Shown here one piece after another: positions 1 through 9,376 of a DNA stretch of 64,000 bases. The position numbers and the translations under genes were made by a program. The first letter of the stretch is position 1; each line of letters begins with the position of its first letter. The notes below the pieces were generated by a model that worked only from the letters and a program-made list of their open reading frames with translations, was not told where the DNA came from and searched no databases. This DNA is from Bacillota bacterium (lineage in GTDB: Bacteria > Bacillota > Clostridia > Christensenellales > SZUA-584). Where the stretch lies: the NCBI GenBank assembly GCA_023397655.1, contig JAEWTW010000053.1, forward strand, positions 2,836 through 66,835, given 5' to 3'.

Positions 1-205
1 TCTTGTACAGCCCCGTGTCGGGGGCGGAACCCGTAAGCCAATGGATGCAGCCGTCGAAGTGATATTCGCCGCGATCCCAGCCGGTGCACTCGCCGCCGGA
101 GATGGTGTGCAGCTCCAGTATCTGAGTTTCCAGCCCGCTCTTTTGCGCGTATATGCCGCAGGTCAGTCCCGCTATGCCCGCGCCGATAATGATAACCTTT
201 TTCAT
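1..205 (-). CDS. NAD(P)/FAD-dependent oxidoreductase (phytoene-desaturase-like), N-terminal fragment; gene continues past the left edge
   Basis: Not in the ORF track because there is no stop in the window. Reverse-strand translation from ATG 205-203 gives MKKVIIIGAGIAGLTCGIYAQKSGLETQILELHTISGGECTGW..., a Rossmann GxGxxG start. AAGGAG lies 7 nt upstream (complement of 213-218). Confidence 0.7.
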   Translation of the reverse strand, partial: MKKVIIIGAGIAGLTCGIYAQKSGLETQILELHTISGGECTGWDRGEYHFDGCIHWLTGSAPDTGLYK

Positions 206-318
206 ATCCTTACTCCTTTATACTACCTTTAAGGTATTTTCTATTAACCGAGGTCTGGAGGCCGCGCTCCAGCGGGTTGCAGGGCAGCGCCCTGCGGTTT
301 TGACCTTTCCCTTAATCT

Positions 319-915
319 TTAAGCACTTACCATATTGACCAGCAACTCCGGATCGGGCATCGTGAAGCCCGCCATTGTGATATTGTATATCGCGAGTCCC
401 ATGATGGCCGAGAAGAACATCACCGACATGCCCATCGTATCACCCTCGCGCACCTGCCCCGCCTGCTGCCCCTCCTGCAGCATCTTGGACATGGTGTTCA
501 GCGACACCTCCGAACCTTCGAGGCTCCTGTTCCGCTCCGGGCTCTCTTCCATCATCGCCGCGTGCGTGACAAGCAGGAAGAAATACGAGGTCTCCTGCCC
601 TGCCTGGATACCGCCCATGATGTACTTCGCCGTCTGCCGCACCTTCTCAATGGGCTCAAGCGGCAGTCCATCCACCATCAGCAGCGATTCGCCGGACACC
701 TTCACCGCTGTATGTACCAGCTCGAAGAATATCTCCTCCTTGCTGGCAAAATAGTGATACACCAGTCCGTGGCTGAGGCGGGCTTCCTTCGCGATGTCCC
801 CCACCTTGGTGGCTGCGAAGCCGCGCAGCGCGAACACCTTAAGCGCTGCCTTCAATATCTGCTCGCGCCTCTCGTCCTTGATTTGCGCGTTCTGTTCATC
901 CGTTCTCGGGCTCAT
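319..915 (-). CDS. TetR/AcrR family transcriptional regulator
   Basis: N-terminal HTH: REQILKAALKVFALRGFAATKVGDIAKEARLSHGLVYHYFASKEEIF. Start moved to the third Met (915), which has AAGGAG 6 nt upstream. Same strand as, and upstream of, the oxidoreductase at 1-205. Confidence 0.85.
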   Translation of the reverse strand: MSPRTDEQNAQIKDERREQILKAALKVFALRGFAATKVGDIAKEARLSHGLVYHYFASKEEIFFELVHTAVKVSGESLLMVDGLPLEPIEKVRQTAKYIMGGIQAGQETSYFFLLVTHAAMMEESPERNRSLEGSEVSLNTMSKMLQEGQQAGQVREGDTMGMSVMFFSAIMGLAIYNITMAGFTMPDPELLVNMVSA

Positions 916-931
916 TCGCATCTCCTTTTTG

Positions 932-949
932 ATTGACTTGTCAGTCAAT
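932..949. promoter_or_regulatory. Inverted repeat ATTGAC-N6-GTCAAT, candidate TetR operator
   Basis: 6-bp arms read directly from the sequence, 11-17 nt upstream of the tetR start. Confidence 0.3.
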
Positions 950-1258
950 ATATTATCACATGCATGCGGTTTGTCAATAGGCTTTTGGTAAATTAATGAG
1001 ATAATTTTCTAATAAATATGTTACTCATTTATAGCGCGGCCACTATGGTAGATGCCGCCGCAGAGCAACATCGCCATCAACGTCGTGGAATTTGACGACG
1101 TGGGCAGTGCGATGATATTAAGGTGTGGTTATGTGGGGCATGTGTGAGTAGGGCTTAGAGGCTTTCAATTCGATGTTCGTCTCTTTTATCATATTTAGGA
1201 AATCAATATTAACCTATAACAAGATTCAATATATACAGGTATAACTGTTACTTATTCC

Positions 1259-2056
1259 TTATTTTAAATCTAACACCTTCTCTACCTTTAATTTCTTATT
1301 AGAAATCAGCCTTAAGATGAAATCTTCATAATCTTCTTTGGGATATCTTGGGTTTTCAACTTGCTTATAATATTTACTAACAAAAGCCCTTGCATTACCA
1401 AGCGCAATCGACATAGGAGAGCCTTCATCAAACTCCTCAATTTCTTTTTCAATTTCCTCATATAGTATTTTTAGTTGCTTTAAATGCTCTTTTAAATCAA
1501 GTGTGGAGGATGATGAAAACTGAGTTTCAATTCTTAAATTTAAAATTCTTTCAATTTCAACTGCATTAGCTTTTTGACACTTGGTTCCCCTCCTTACATA
1601 AATAGTATCAGCAGAGATATTTTCAGTTTCAGATAATGATATAAAGGGTAATTTATCAGGAGTATTATGGATATGAAGTACTTGAAATTTTCTTCCTTTT
1701 AATTTTTCATATTCTGATGAGTCAAAGTTAAAATCCAATCTTTCATATTCAACACTTGATGGCACATACTTTCGTATCATATCATCAATTTTAGCATTAT
1801 CCAGAAATTCATTTATTCCTATTGGCTCAAATATACCATCATTGTTTTCTTCTACACCAAATACAATAAGGCCCCCACCAGTATTCGCCATGGAAAGCAT
1901 TATCTTGGATAGTTGCCCTTTATCAATCCATGAAGATTTAAAATCTATATTATCTTTTTCACCAGTATTGTCCAATAAAAATTTCCTGAATTCTTCTTTT
2001 GAAGGTTCTTTTAATAGCTCATACATAGAATCTTTTATTTGAGATTTGAAACTCAT
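1259..2056 (-). CDS. AlbA_2 (Schlafen-like putative DNA/RNA-binding) domain protein, 265 aa
   Basis: Pattern typical of AlbA_2: EPSKEEF...IDFKSSW...LSMANTGGGLIVFGVEENNDG...VLHIHNTPDKLPF...IYVRRGTKCQKANAVEIERIL. About 30% GC. Starts 5 nt after the stop of the upstream ORF. Confidence 0.65.
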   Translation of the reverse strand: MSFKSQIKDSMYELLKEPSKEEFRKFLLDNTGEKDNIDFKSSWIDKGQLSKIMLSMANTGGGLIVFGVEENNDGIFEPIGINEFLDNAKIDDMIRKYVPSSVEYERLDFNFDSSEYEKLKGRKFQVLHIHNTPDKLPFISLSETENISADTIYVRRGTKCQKANAVEIERILNLRIETQFSSSSTLDLKEHLKQLKILYEEIEKEIEEFDEGSPMSIALGNARAFVSKYYKQVENPRYPKEDYEDFILRLISNKKLKVEKVLDLK

Positions 2057-2061
2057 AAAAA

Positions 2062-3081
2062 TTACTCCTCAGCTTTTTTAAAAATATCCATCATATCTTT
2101 TCTATTTGGATCATTGAACAATTTATATTTAATAAATCTATTTATCCAATCCATTTCAGCATTTTCAGTTATTAATCTTATGATAGGGCCTGAATCAAAT
2201 TCTAAATCTAATTCGGCAACTAGACTATTATAATCTAAAGAAAAATAATCTTGATAGCCTTTACTTTCAAAATTGGGGAAGTTATCAATTAACTTTATAT
2301 TAAATTCTGGCTTAAAATGATTGATAAGTGCTGCTTCGAAGATATTAACAATTTGATTAAAATCATGAGCATGATCAAAAACATTGTGAAAATGTTTATC
2401 TTCTGCTACTTTATCTGCTGTTGAGTCTTGGTTAAACCCATCCATTGACATTTGGTTTAAAACATTAACCTCAAATAAAAAAACGTAAATACTATCTTCA
2501 CGTCTTTCGCATAGAAACTTGGTTAGTATTTTTTGTAGAGTAGAATGGTTGGTCAATCTTTCTTGAGCAGTCCGTTTACCGTCCTTCCCAAATGACTGCC
2601 CAATATAAAGCACCTCATAATTTTGAACTGTTTGAGTTTTTTCATAGTGCATATCCAATAGATAAGAACTTTCTATATTTATTATGAATTTTCCATCCCT
2701 AAATGCACTATTATCAAATTTAACTTGATTCTTATCAAAGACACTTCTTATATAAGCTTCTTCTGCTGTTATTCTTAGCACCTCATCATTACGCATAAGA
2801 CTATAATCCAGCATCATATAATCAATAAAGGGAATAGGCTTTAAATCATTGGCAGTTATAACCGTTGTCTTGTCATTATTTCTTAATTCTAAGTTCAGCG
2901 TAATTGATTCTTTGGCAGGAGCAAGCGAATCTGTTTGTATATATGTCCTGGGTTTACATGTAATAACATAAATATTATATACATGATCATCTCTATACTC
3001 GTAAACATATTCAAGTGGCATTATTGCTTTATGGCTTGTGTATATAACTAAACCGAATTCAGTGAAAAACTTCCTGTACAT
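2062..3081 (-). CDS. Hypothetical protein with GIY-YIG-like nuclease motifs in its C-terminal half, 339 aa
   Basis: Residues 155-261: NYEVLYIGQSFGKDGKRTAQERLTNHS ... IFEAALINHFKPEFN. This matches the ordered YIG / R..H / E...N signature of GIY-YIG nucleases. The N-terminal 150 aa carry no recognisable motif. About 30% GC. Confidence 0.45.
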   Translation of the reverse strand: MYRKFFTEFGLVIYTSHKAIMPLEYVYEYRDDHVYNIYVITCKPRTYIQTDSLAPAKESITLNLELRNNDKTTVITANDLKPIPFIDYMMLDYSLMRNDEVLRITAEEAYIRSVFDKNQVKFDNSAFRDGKFIINIESSYLLDMHYEKTQTVQNYEVLYIGQSFGKDGKRTAQERLTNHSTLQKILTKFLCERREDSIYVFLFEVNVLNQMSMDGFNQDSTADKVAEDKHFHNVFDHAHDFNQIVNIFEAALINHFKPEFNIKLIDNFPNFESKGYQDYFSLDYNSLVAELDLEFDSGPIIRLITENAEMDWINRFIKYKLFNDPNRKDMMDIFKKAEE

Positions 3082-3148
3082 AACTCCTCCTAATGATTAA
3101 GATAATTAGATTGTTGGATAATCTTTTAACTCAGTCAAAATAAAAATC

Positions 3149-3634
3149 CTACTCCCCCACCCGCTTCACGTACCCAAAGTGATACTTTCCGCCCGAGAGC
3201 ACGTCCGAGAGGCGCGCGCCGGTGTTGATGACGGTGAAATCGGCGGCGGTGAGCTCGGCAGGTTTCAGGCTGCGAATCTTCAGCCATGTGCTCCGCAGGT
3301 CGGCCCGCCATGGCTCGGGCGTCAGTTCCTCGTCGGGCGCAGGTGTGCGCTCCTTCCCTGTCGCGATGGCTGCCACCTCGGCCACGTAGTCCAGCGCCGC
3401 CGTTTTGCCCACAGACAGATACAGCTCCAGCACATAGTGGTAGTCAATCGCGTCCTGAAACTCGCAGCGGTAGCGCTCGGACATCCCCGTGGTAAGCGCC
3501 CCAGCAGAAAACCACGCCTCGCCATGCTGCGCGAGAAACACCTGGTATTCGCGTATGGTGTGCAGCCCGGACAAGCCGCTGCCCGCGCTGCTGCCCAGCC
3601 GTATGAAAATCGCGTGCTTGTAAACCTGTGCCAT
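3149..3634 (-). CDS. Hypothetical protein (161 aa), host-like GC
   Basis: Long ORF with high GC3. Start moved to MAQVYKHAIFIRLG. No family recognised. Confidence 0.55.
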   Translation of the reverse strand: MAQVYKHAIFIRLGSSAGSGLSGLHTIREYQVFLAQHGEAWFSAGALTTGMSERYRCEFQDAIDYHYVLELYLSVGKTAALDYVAEVAAIATGKERTPAPDEELTPEPWRADLRSTWLKIRSLKPAELTAADFTVINTGARLSDVLSGGKYHFGYVKRVGE

Positions 3635-3867
3635 AAAGCATCCCTCCATTGCCCGGCGAGAGCTTCATCGCCGGATACCGGGGTACCCCCAAAAGCGCAG
3701 CTGCCTGCTGGGGCCATTTACAGTTCCGCCGTCGTGTGTATATGAGTATGAATTTGCTGTGATTGGTGGTGACATGGAGAGTGACTTCAGATGCTAAAAT
3801 GATTATACCACAAGCAGCGCGTATGTTCCAATACCCCGCTGCTTTTTGAGGGTTGGGTTTTGCGTCT

Positions 3868-4506
3868 TTACAGCACGTATTTCAGCAGGTCCGACACGCG
3901 GGAGAGTCGGTACGTCGCCAGTTCGCTGTGCGCCGCATCGCCGATGCCCGCGCTGTCCATACCGCCCGCGGCAGCCGCTGCTATTCCGGCCCGCGCGTCC
4001 TCCACCACCACGCAGCTGCGCGGCAGCTCGCCCAAATATTCGCACGCTTTGAGGAACACCTCCGGATCGGGCTTGGGCTTGCTGATATTGGTACCGTCCG
4101 ACACCGCGTTAAAATACCCTTGCAAGCCGATCTTTTTCAGTATGTACCTGGTATTTTTGCTGGATGAGCCGATGGCCATTTTGATACCGTGCCGCTGCAG
4201 CTCGGCCAGCGTTTTGAGCACATCGCCGTCCACGTCAGCGGCCGTCATGTTATCCAGCAGCGCGCGGTATATATCATTCTTCCTGTCCGTGTAAGTGAGC
4301 ATATCCTCTGGGCTGAGTTGAACGTTGTTGTATCTGAGTATGATACGCAGGCTCTCCATCCGGCCCACGCCCCGCAGCTGATTGTTAACGGCTGCGTCAA
4401 AGCGCAGGTTCAGTTCCCGCGCGATTTGGCTCCACGCCTCAAAGTGATACCGGTCCGTGTGGCAAATCACGCCGTCCAAATCGAATATAACCGCCTTATA
4501 CTTCAT
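3868..4506 (-). CDS. pgmB: Beta-phosphoglucomutase (HAD superfamily)
   Basis: MKYKAVIFDLDGVICHTD ... GSSSKN ... KPKPDPEVFL ... VVEDARAGI. ATG 4506 overlaps the stop of the GH65 gene (ATGA at 4503-4506). The longer track ORF (to 4680) is an N-terminal artefact. Confidence 0.88.
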   Translation of the reverse strand: MKYKAVIFDLDGVICHTDRYHFEAWSQIARELNLRFDAAVNNQLRGVGRMESLRIILRYNNVQLSPEDMLTYTDRKNDIYRALLDNMTAADVDGDVLKTLAELQRHGIKMAIGSSSKNTRYILKKIGLQGYFNAVSDGTNISKPKPDPEVFLKACEYLGELPRSCVVVEDARAGIAAAAAGGMDSAGIGDAAHSELATYRLSRVSDLLKYVL

Positions 4507-6794
4507 CCGTCCTGCCCAATCATATCCACCGTGAGCAGATTTTCCAGCAAATACTGCTTGTCGTATACCGTCATATTGACCGCCTCCCCGTATTCCAGAT
4601 AGAATGTGCAGCTGCCGCTGCTGACCCCCACGCTGATCAGGCTGCCCCGATAGCGGATACGAAATTGATATCCCGTCCAATCAGCCGGCAGCCACGGTTC
4701 AAAGAAAATGCCCTGTTCCTTCAGCCGAAACCCGCCGAAGCCATACACGATCGCCATGTAGTTGCCGCCCATATTCGCGATGTGCAGGCCGTCCTTCGTA
4801 TTTCGCTGCAGGTCCAGCAGGTCCAGATTCAGCGAGTTTCCAAAATAGTTGAACGCTTTCTCCTTTAAGCCCAGCCGGGATGCCACAATGCTGAATATGC
4901 ACCGGGACAGTGACGAATCATGCGTGGTGATATGCTCATAGTAGTTAAACGAGTGACGGATCGTTTCGCGTGACTGGGCGTCTTCCAGTATAAAATGCGC
5001 CAGCACGGTATCCGCCTGCTTGCAGATCTGATGCCTGTATAGGTGCAGCGGGTGGTAATGCAGCAGCAGCGGGTACTTGTCCTTAGGAATCGTGGCGATA
5101 TCCCAGAATTTCTTCTGCAGAAAAGCGCCGTCCTGCGGGTTTATTTTCAGCGCTTCGTCATACAGCAGCAGCATTTTCTCCGCCGCATCCCGGAAACCTT
5201 CAACTTCTTCGGCGGTTAGCGCGATACGCTTAATCAACTGCTGAAAATCTGGCATGTCGAAGAATCGTTCATACATCTTCACAGCCCAGCTCAGGTGATA
5301 CTGCGCCAGCAGGTTGGTGTAATAGTTATTGTTCACCATACATGTATACTCATCCGGACCCGTCACATCGTTGATATGAAACTGACCGTCCTTGAAATTG
5401 CCCACATCCATCCATAAACGAGCCGTCTCAAAAATGATCTCTGCTCCTTTACTGCGGATAAATGCCTGGTCGTCGGTGGCCAGATAGTAAGCCACGATCG
5501 CATAGGCAATGTCGCCGTTGATATGGTATTGCGCCGATCCTGCCGGAAAGTAGCCCGAGCATTCCCGGCCCATGATCGTCCGCCAAGGATACAGCGCCCC
5601 CTTCTTATGCCCCAAAATACGCGCGTTGTTTTTCGCCATCTCCAGTGTCTCATAGCGGTTTGAGATAAGGTTTTTTGTTATCTCGGGGTTGGTGATGGTG
5701 AAAAATGGCTGCACATACATCTCGGAATCCCAAAAGTACTGCCCTTCGTACCCCTCGCCGCTGAGCCCCTTTGCCGCTATGTTGCCGTATTCATCCTTGC
5801 TTGCTGTCTGCACCAGCTGAAAGAGGCTGTATTTGAGAGCAATATCCAGCGCTTCATCGCCGATAATGGACACATCACCGTTCCGCCAGTATTCCGTCAG
5901 GTAATCCTCCTGATGCTGGTACAGGTCCTGAAGCGGCACGGAGAGCGCTTTCTTCATATCCGCCGCGGCATGCGCTTTGCAGTCCTGCGCCCGTATCGAG
6001 TCCGCAAACACCGAATACTTGATCAGCTTTGTGGCCTCTCCCTCATTCACCGTCGTTACCATCTGGCACATTGCCGCATTATCGCCGATAATAAACTGCC
6101 GCTCCGTCTCTCCGGAAAGGAAATTCTTCACACAGCTGCATACTTCCAGATTCGATTTCGATGTCACCGCATTGATGTACGACGCGCCGTATTGGATGTT
6201 GCAGGAGACCGGCGACAGATAATGATACGCCCGGTCTGCAGTACGCGGGTCGTCCGGGTTGAAAAAGTTCATAGCATTACCGCTGTGCTGCGACTCGATC
6301 ATGATATCACCGGTGAAATTAATCGATTTAATCTGGCATTCAATCGTAAACAGCGACAGTATATGAAACGACACCATGCGAATGATCGTGATCTCAACCT
6401 CTTTGCCCAGCGGAGACCGCCACGACACATACCGTCCCGTCACACCCCGCTCCATGTCCACCCAGCGGCGGCTCTGAAGCACCGTCCCTGTGAACATGCT
6501 GAATGGCTCCTCATCAAAATAGATGCTGACTGACTGGGTATCCGCCACATTGAGTATGGTTTGCTTTTCCTGAACCAGCCCATACAGTTTTTCTGCCTGT
6601 TTGGCTTCCGTAAAATCATAAAACCCGTTGATGTACTGGCCTCGAATCGATTTATAGCCGTCCGGGTACCCCTCCTCAAACGCCGCGCGCACACCCATAT
6701 ATCCATTGGCGTTGTGGAACAGGGACTCATGAAGCAGCAGAGTATCGTTATCCAGTTTAATATCGTTCAGTTCATATATCGTTTTTCTGATCAT
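4503..6794 (-). CDS. Glycoside hydrolase family 65 disaccharide phosphorylase (maltose/trehalose/kojibiose phosphorylase type)
   Basis: 763 aa with GH65 organisation, including the catalytic-acid context GEGYEGQYFWDSEMYVQPFF. Followed by pgmB, as is typical for beta-G1P-forming phosphorylases. Confidence 0.88.
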   Translation of the reverse strand: MIRKTIYELNDIKLDNDTLLLHESLFHNANGYMGVRAAFEEGYPDGYKSIRGQYINGFYDFTEAKQAEKLYGLVQEKQTILNVADTQSVSIYFDEEPFSMFTGTVLQSRRWVDMERGVTGRYVSWRSPLGKEVEITIIRMVSFHILSLFTIECQIKSINFTGDIMIESQHSGNAMNFFNPDDPRTADRAYHYLSPVSCNIQYGASYINAVTSKSNLEVCSCVKNFLSGETERQFIIGDNAAMCQMVTTVNEGEATKLIKYSVFADSIRAQDCKAHAAADMKKALSVPLQDLYQHQEDYLTEYWRNGDVSIIGDEALDIALKYSLFQLVQTASKDEYGNIAAKGLSGEGYEGQYFWDSEMYVQPFFTITNPEITKNLISNRYETLEMAKNNARILGHKKGALYPWRTIMGRECSGYFPAGSAQYHINGDIAYAIVAYYLATDDQAFIRSKGAEIIFETARLWMDVGNFKDGQFHINDVTGPDEYTCMVNNNYYTNLLAQYHLSWAVKMYERFFDMPDFQQLIKRIALTAEEVEGFRDAAEKMLLLYDEALKINPQDGAFLQKKFWDIATIPKDKYPLLLHYHPLHLYRHQICKQADTVLAHFILEDAQSRETIRHSFNYYEHITTHDSSLSRCIFSIVASRLGLKEKAFNYFGNSLNLDLLDLQRNTKDGLHIANMGGNYMAIVYGFGGFRLKEQGIFFEPWLPADWTGYQFRIRYRGSLISVGVSSGSCTFYLEYGEAVNMTVYDKQYLLENLLTVDMIGQDG

Positions 6795-6803
6795 TGACTT
6801 GCC

Positions 6804-8990
6804 TTAATCATTTTTGGTCAGTTCATGGAGCAGCACTCTCATCGACTTCCAAGAGTTCAAGCGGTACTTGGCCGATGTGGGATCCAAGCCTATTTTGATT
6901 GAAAACGCGTCAGACGGCAGCGCTGCGAAAAGGTCTTCATCCGTGTAATCGTCACCCACACCCAGAATAAAATCATAATCCTGATGGTGTATAAAAGTTG
7001 ATACGCTCTGGCCCTTATCGATGCGGCTGTCCTTCACCTCCAGAACCTTGTTCCCTTCCTGGATACTGAGGCTCATTGACTCAATGGCAAACGCGAGCGC
7101 AGCTCTTACCTCACCCAGTTTCACCGCGACCATGTCCGGTTCGCATTTCCGGTAGTGGAATGCCAGCGAGTAATCCTTTTCTTCGATCAGCGTACCCGGC
7201 ATGCGGTCCGCGTACAGCTGCATGATATTCTCTATTCTGTCCTTCCATTTGTTATCCAGTATGGCGGTCATATCCCATTTGCCATCCATCTCCCGCCGCC
7301 ATAATCCATGCGCTGCCAACATGTGCAGGCGGAGGTCGCCCAGCCATTCCTCCAGTGAATGCCGATCCCTGCCGGATACGATAACGACTGTGTTTTTAGG
7401 TTCCTCCACCAACCTGAAAAGCAGCGTTTTGAGCTCCGCATCTGGCTTGGCTTGATTGGGGATGGCTTTAAAGCCCACAAGCGTACCGTCATAATCCAGA
7501 AATATAATGCGTTTTTCTGCTTTTTGATAAGCATCTACGATGATCGAGCTTTTGTTTTCAATGCTGTGCGTCACTCTTTGCCGGGAATCATCTACACTCT
7601 GATTAATGGTTTTAATAAACTCCTCAGCCCAAAAGTTCACATTATAACGTTTTAACCGTTTGTGAATAACCTTATTGATCTCCACTTTTTCTTCAACTGG
7701 CATGTCAAGCGCTTTTTTAATCCCCTCGGCTATGGCATTGCAGTCGTTGGGATTAACGACCACCACTTCGCCCAATTCGCTGGCAGCGCCGGCCGTTTCA
7801 CTGATGACCACCATGCCCTGATAGTCGGTTCTTGCCGCAATGTATTCCTTGGCCACCAAATTCATGCCGTCTCGCAGCGGCGTCACCAGCAATATATCAG
7901 AATACTTATAGAGAGCTGTCAGGCTCTCCTGCGAAAAAGACTGGAAATAGAACCAGATGGGCATCCAGTCCACAGTTCCATGCTCTCCGTTTATCGCGCT
8001 GACAAGTTCCGCAATTTCACTCCGCAATGCTTCATATGTATCCACCTCAACGCGGGAAGGCGCAACAATCAAATGAAAGCGTACCTTATGTTTGTATTCA
8101 GGATATCTGCTTAGGAATTCGTTGAAGGCCCGTATTCTTTGCGGTATTCCTTTCGTGTAGTCCAAACGGTCTATCGATAGTATAATTTTCTCTCCCTGCG
8201 TGCTGCTGACGATCCGACGGACCTCCTCCTGAAATTCCGGTGTGTTGTACTCCTTTGCAAAGCGGTCATAATCGATGCCCATGGGGAACGCATCCACTTG
8301 TACATACCGGTTTTCATAGATGATCTGATTCAAATTGTGTTCGTAACCTAAAAGCCTGCGCACGCTGCTTAAAAAATGCCTGGCATATTCGTATGTATGA
8401 AACCCGATCAGATCTGCGCCCAGCAAACCGTACAATATCTCATCGCGCCACACCAGAAGACGATAAATTTCAAAGGACGGGAACGGGATATGCAGAAAAA
8501 ACCCGATTTTCGTATTGGGGAATCTTTCTTTAATCATCTCAGGCAGCAGCATGAGTTGATAGTCATGGACCCAAATCGTATCATCATCTTCTATAACTGG
8601 AATAATGCTGTCCAGAAATTTTTTGTTCGTCTGCACGTACATTTCCCAATAACACTGATCGTACTCCACATTACTTGTGAAGTAGTGAAACAGTGGCCAT
8701 ATGGTTTTATTGCAAAAATCATGATAGAAAGCGTCCACTTCAGATTTAGACATAAAAACAGGCATGCATTTATAGTTTTTATTCAGTACTTGTGCCAGGC
8801 TGTCTTTCTCCTGAACGGATAGATCATCATCGGCAATGCCCGGCCAGCCAATCCACAGACTGTCCGTGCTTTCCTGATAACTGCTCAGACCAGTTGCCAA
8901 CCCTCCAATGCTCTTCTTATACTCAAATTCATCACCATTCCTGGTGACCGTAACCGGCAGACGGTTTGATATGATGACTAATTTACCCAT
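6804..8990 (-). CDS. Bifunctional trehalose-6-phosphate synthase (GT20) / trehalose-6-phosphate phosphatase fusion
   Basis: N-terminal GT20 domain (GKLVIISNRLPVTV..., DYQLMLLP, FFLHIPFP) fused to a C-terminal HAD phosphatase (IIFLDYDGTLV). Start set at ATG 8990, preceded by AAGGAG. Confidence 0.88.
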   Translation of the reverse strand: MGKLVIISNRLPVTVTRNGDEFEYKKSIGGLATGLSSYQESTDSLWIGWPGIADDDLSVQEKDSLAQVLNKNYKCMPVFMSKSEVDAFYHDFCNKTIWPLFHYFTSNVEYDQCYWEMYVQTNKKFLDSIIPVIEDDDTIWVHDYQLMLLPEMIKERFPNTKIGFFLHIPFPSFEIYRLLVWRDEILYGLLGADLIGFHTYEYARHFLSSVRRLLGYEHNLNQIIYENRYVQVDAFPMGIDYDRFAKEYNTPEFQEEVRRIVSSTQGEKIILSIDRLDYTKGIPQRIRAFNEFLSRYPEYKHKVRFHLIVAPSRVEVDTYEALRSEIAELVSAINGEHGTVDWMPIWFYFQSFSQESLTALYKYSDILLVTPLRDGMNLVAKEYIAARTDYQGMVVISETAGAASELGEVVVVNPNDCNAIAEGIKKALDMPVEEKVEINKVIHKRLKRYNVNFWAEEFIKTINQSVDDSRQRVTHSIENKSSIIVDAYQKAEKRIIFLDYDGTLVGFKAIPNQAKPDAELKTLLFRLVEEPKNTVVIVSGRDRHSLEEWLGDLRLHMLAAHGLWRREMDGKWDMTAILDNKWKDRIENIMQLYADRMPGTLIEEKDYSLAFHYRKCEPDMVAVKLGEVRAALAFAIESMSLSIQEGNKVLEVKDSRIDKGQSVSTFIHHQDYDFILGVGDDYTDEDLFAALPSDAFSIKIGLDPTSAKYRLNSWKSMRVLLHELTKND

Positions 8991-9376
8991 ATGATCTCCT
9001 TTCTTAAGCGACTGCACATCATCGCCCGATCTGGCATCCACCCCCCACAATTGGGCATTAATATCTTAGGCTTACTTTTTATTCTACCACACTTCCCCTC
9101 TATTTTCGTGTTAAAATTGAGTATGCTTGGCTTGGGACGCATGGGCCGAATGCCCGAAACCCCCGTTGTTATGGCGTTTTCCCCTCATCGCTATGTCTAA
9201 AAATAGGTTCGTTTATCTTCCATGTTCAGTTTACAAATGCTTTATTATGCAATAATCGGTTCACAAATCATGAGCTCGAAGCCGTTGCAGCAGGAGCCCC
9301 TGATCAAGGTATTTATAGTTGCATGGAAGAAGACGATGACTTATAGTGACAATATACACGATATGGAGGACAAGCC

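Noticed and set aside
994-3107. Possible direct repeats flanking the first AT-rich cassette: TAATGA-GATAATT at 994-1006 and TAATGATTAAGATAATT at 3091-3107.
   Set aside because: They are short, imperfect and AT-rich, so a chance match is likely. The left copy also lies outside a GC-rich patch (about 1035-1150) that separates it from the cassette.
3868-4680. A 270-aa version of the pgmB ORF overlapping the GH65 gene by 178 nt.
   Set aside because: The HAD motif I (FDLDG) follows the internal Met at 4506. That Met forms an ATGA overlap with the GH65 stop, and the extension is Gly/Arg/Gln-rich noise.
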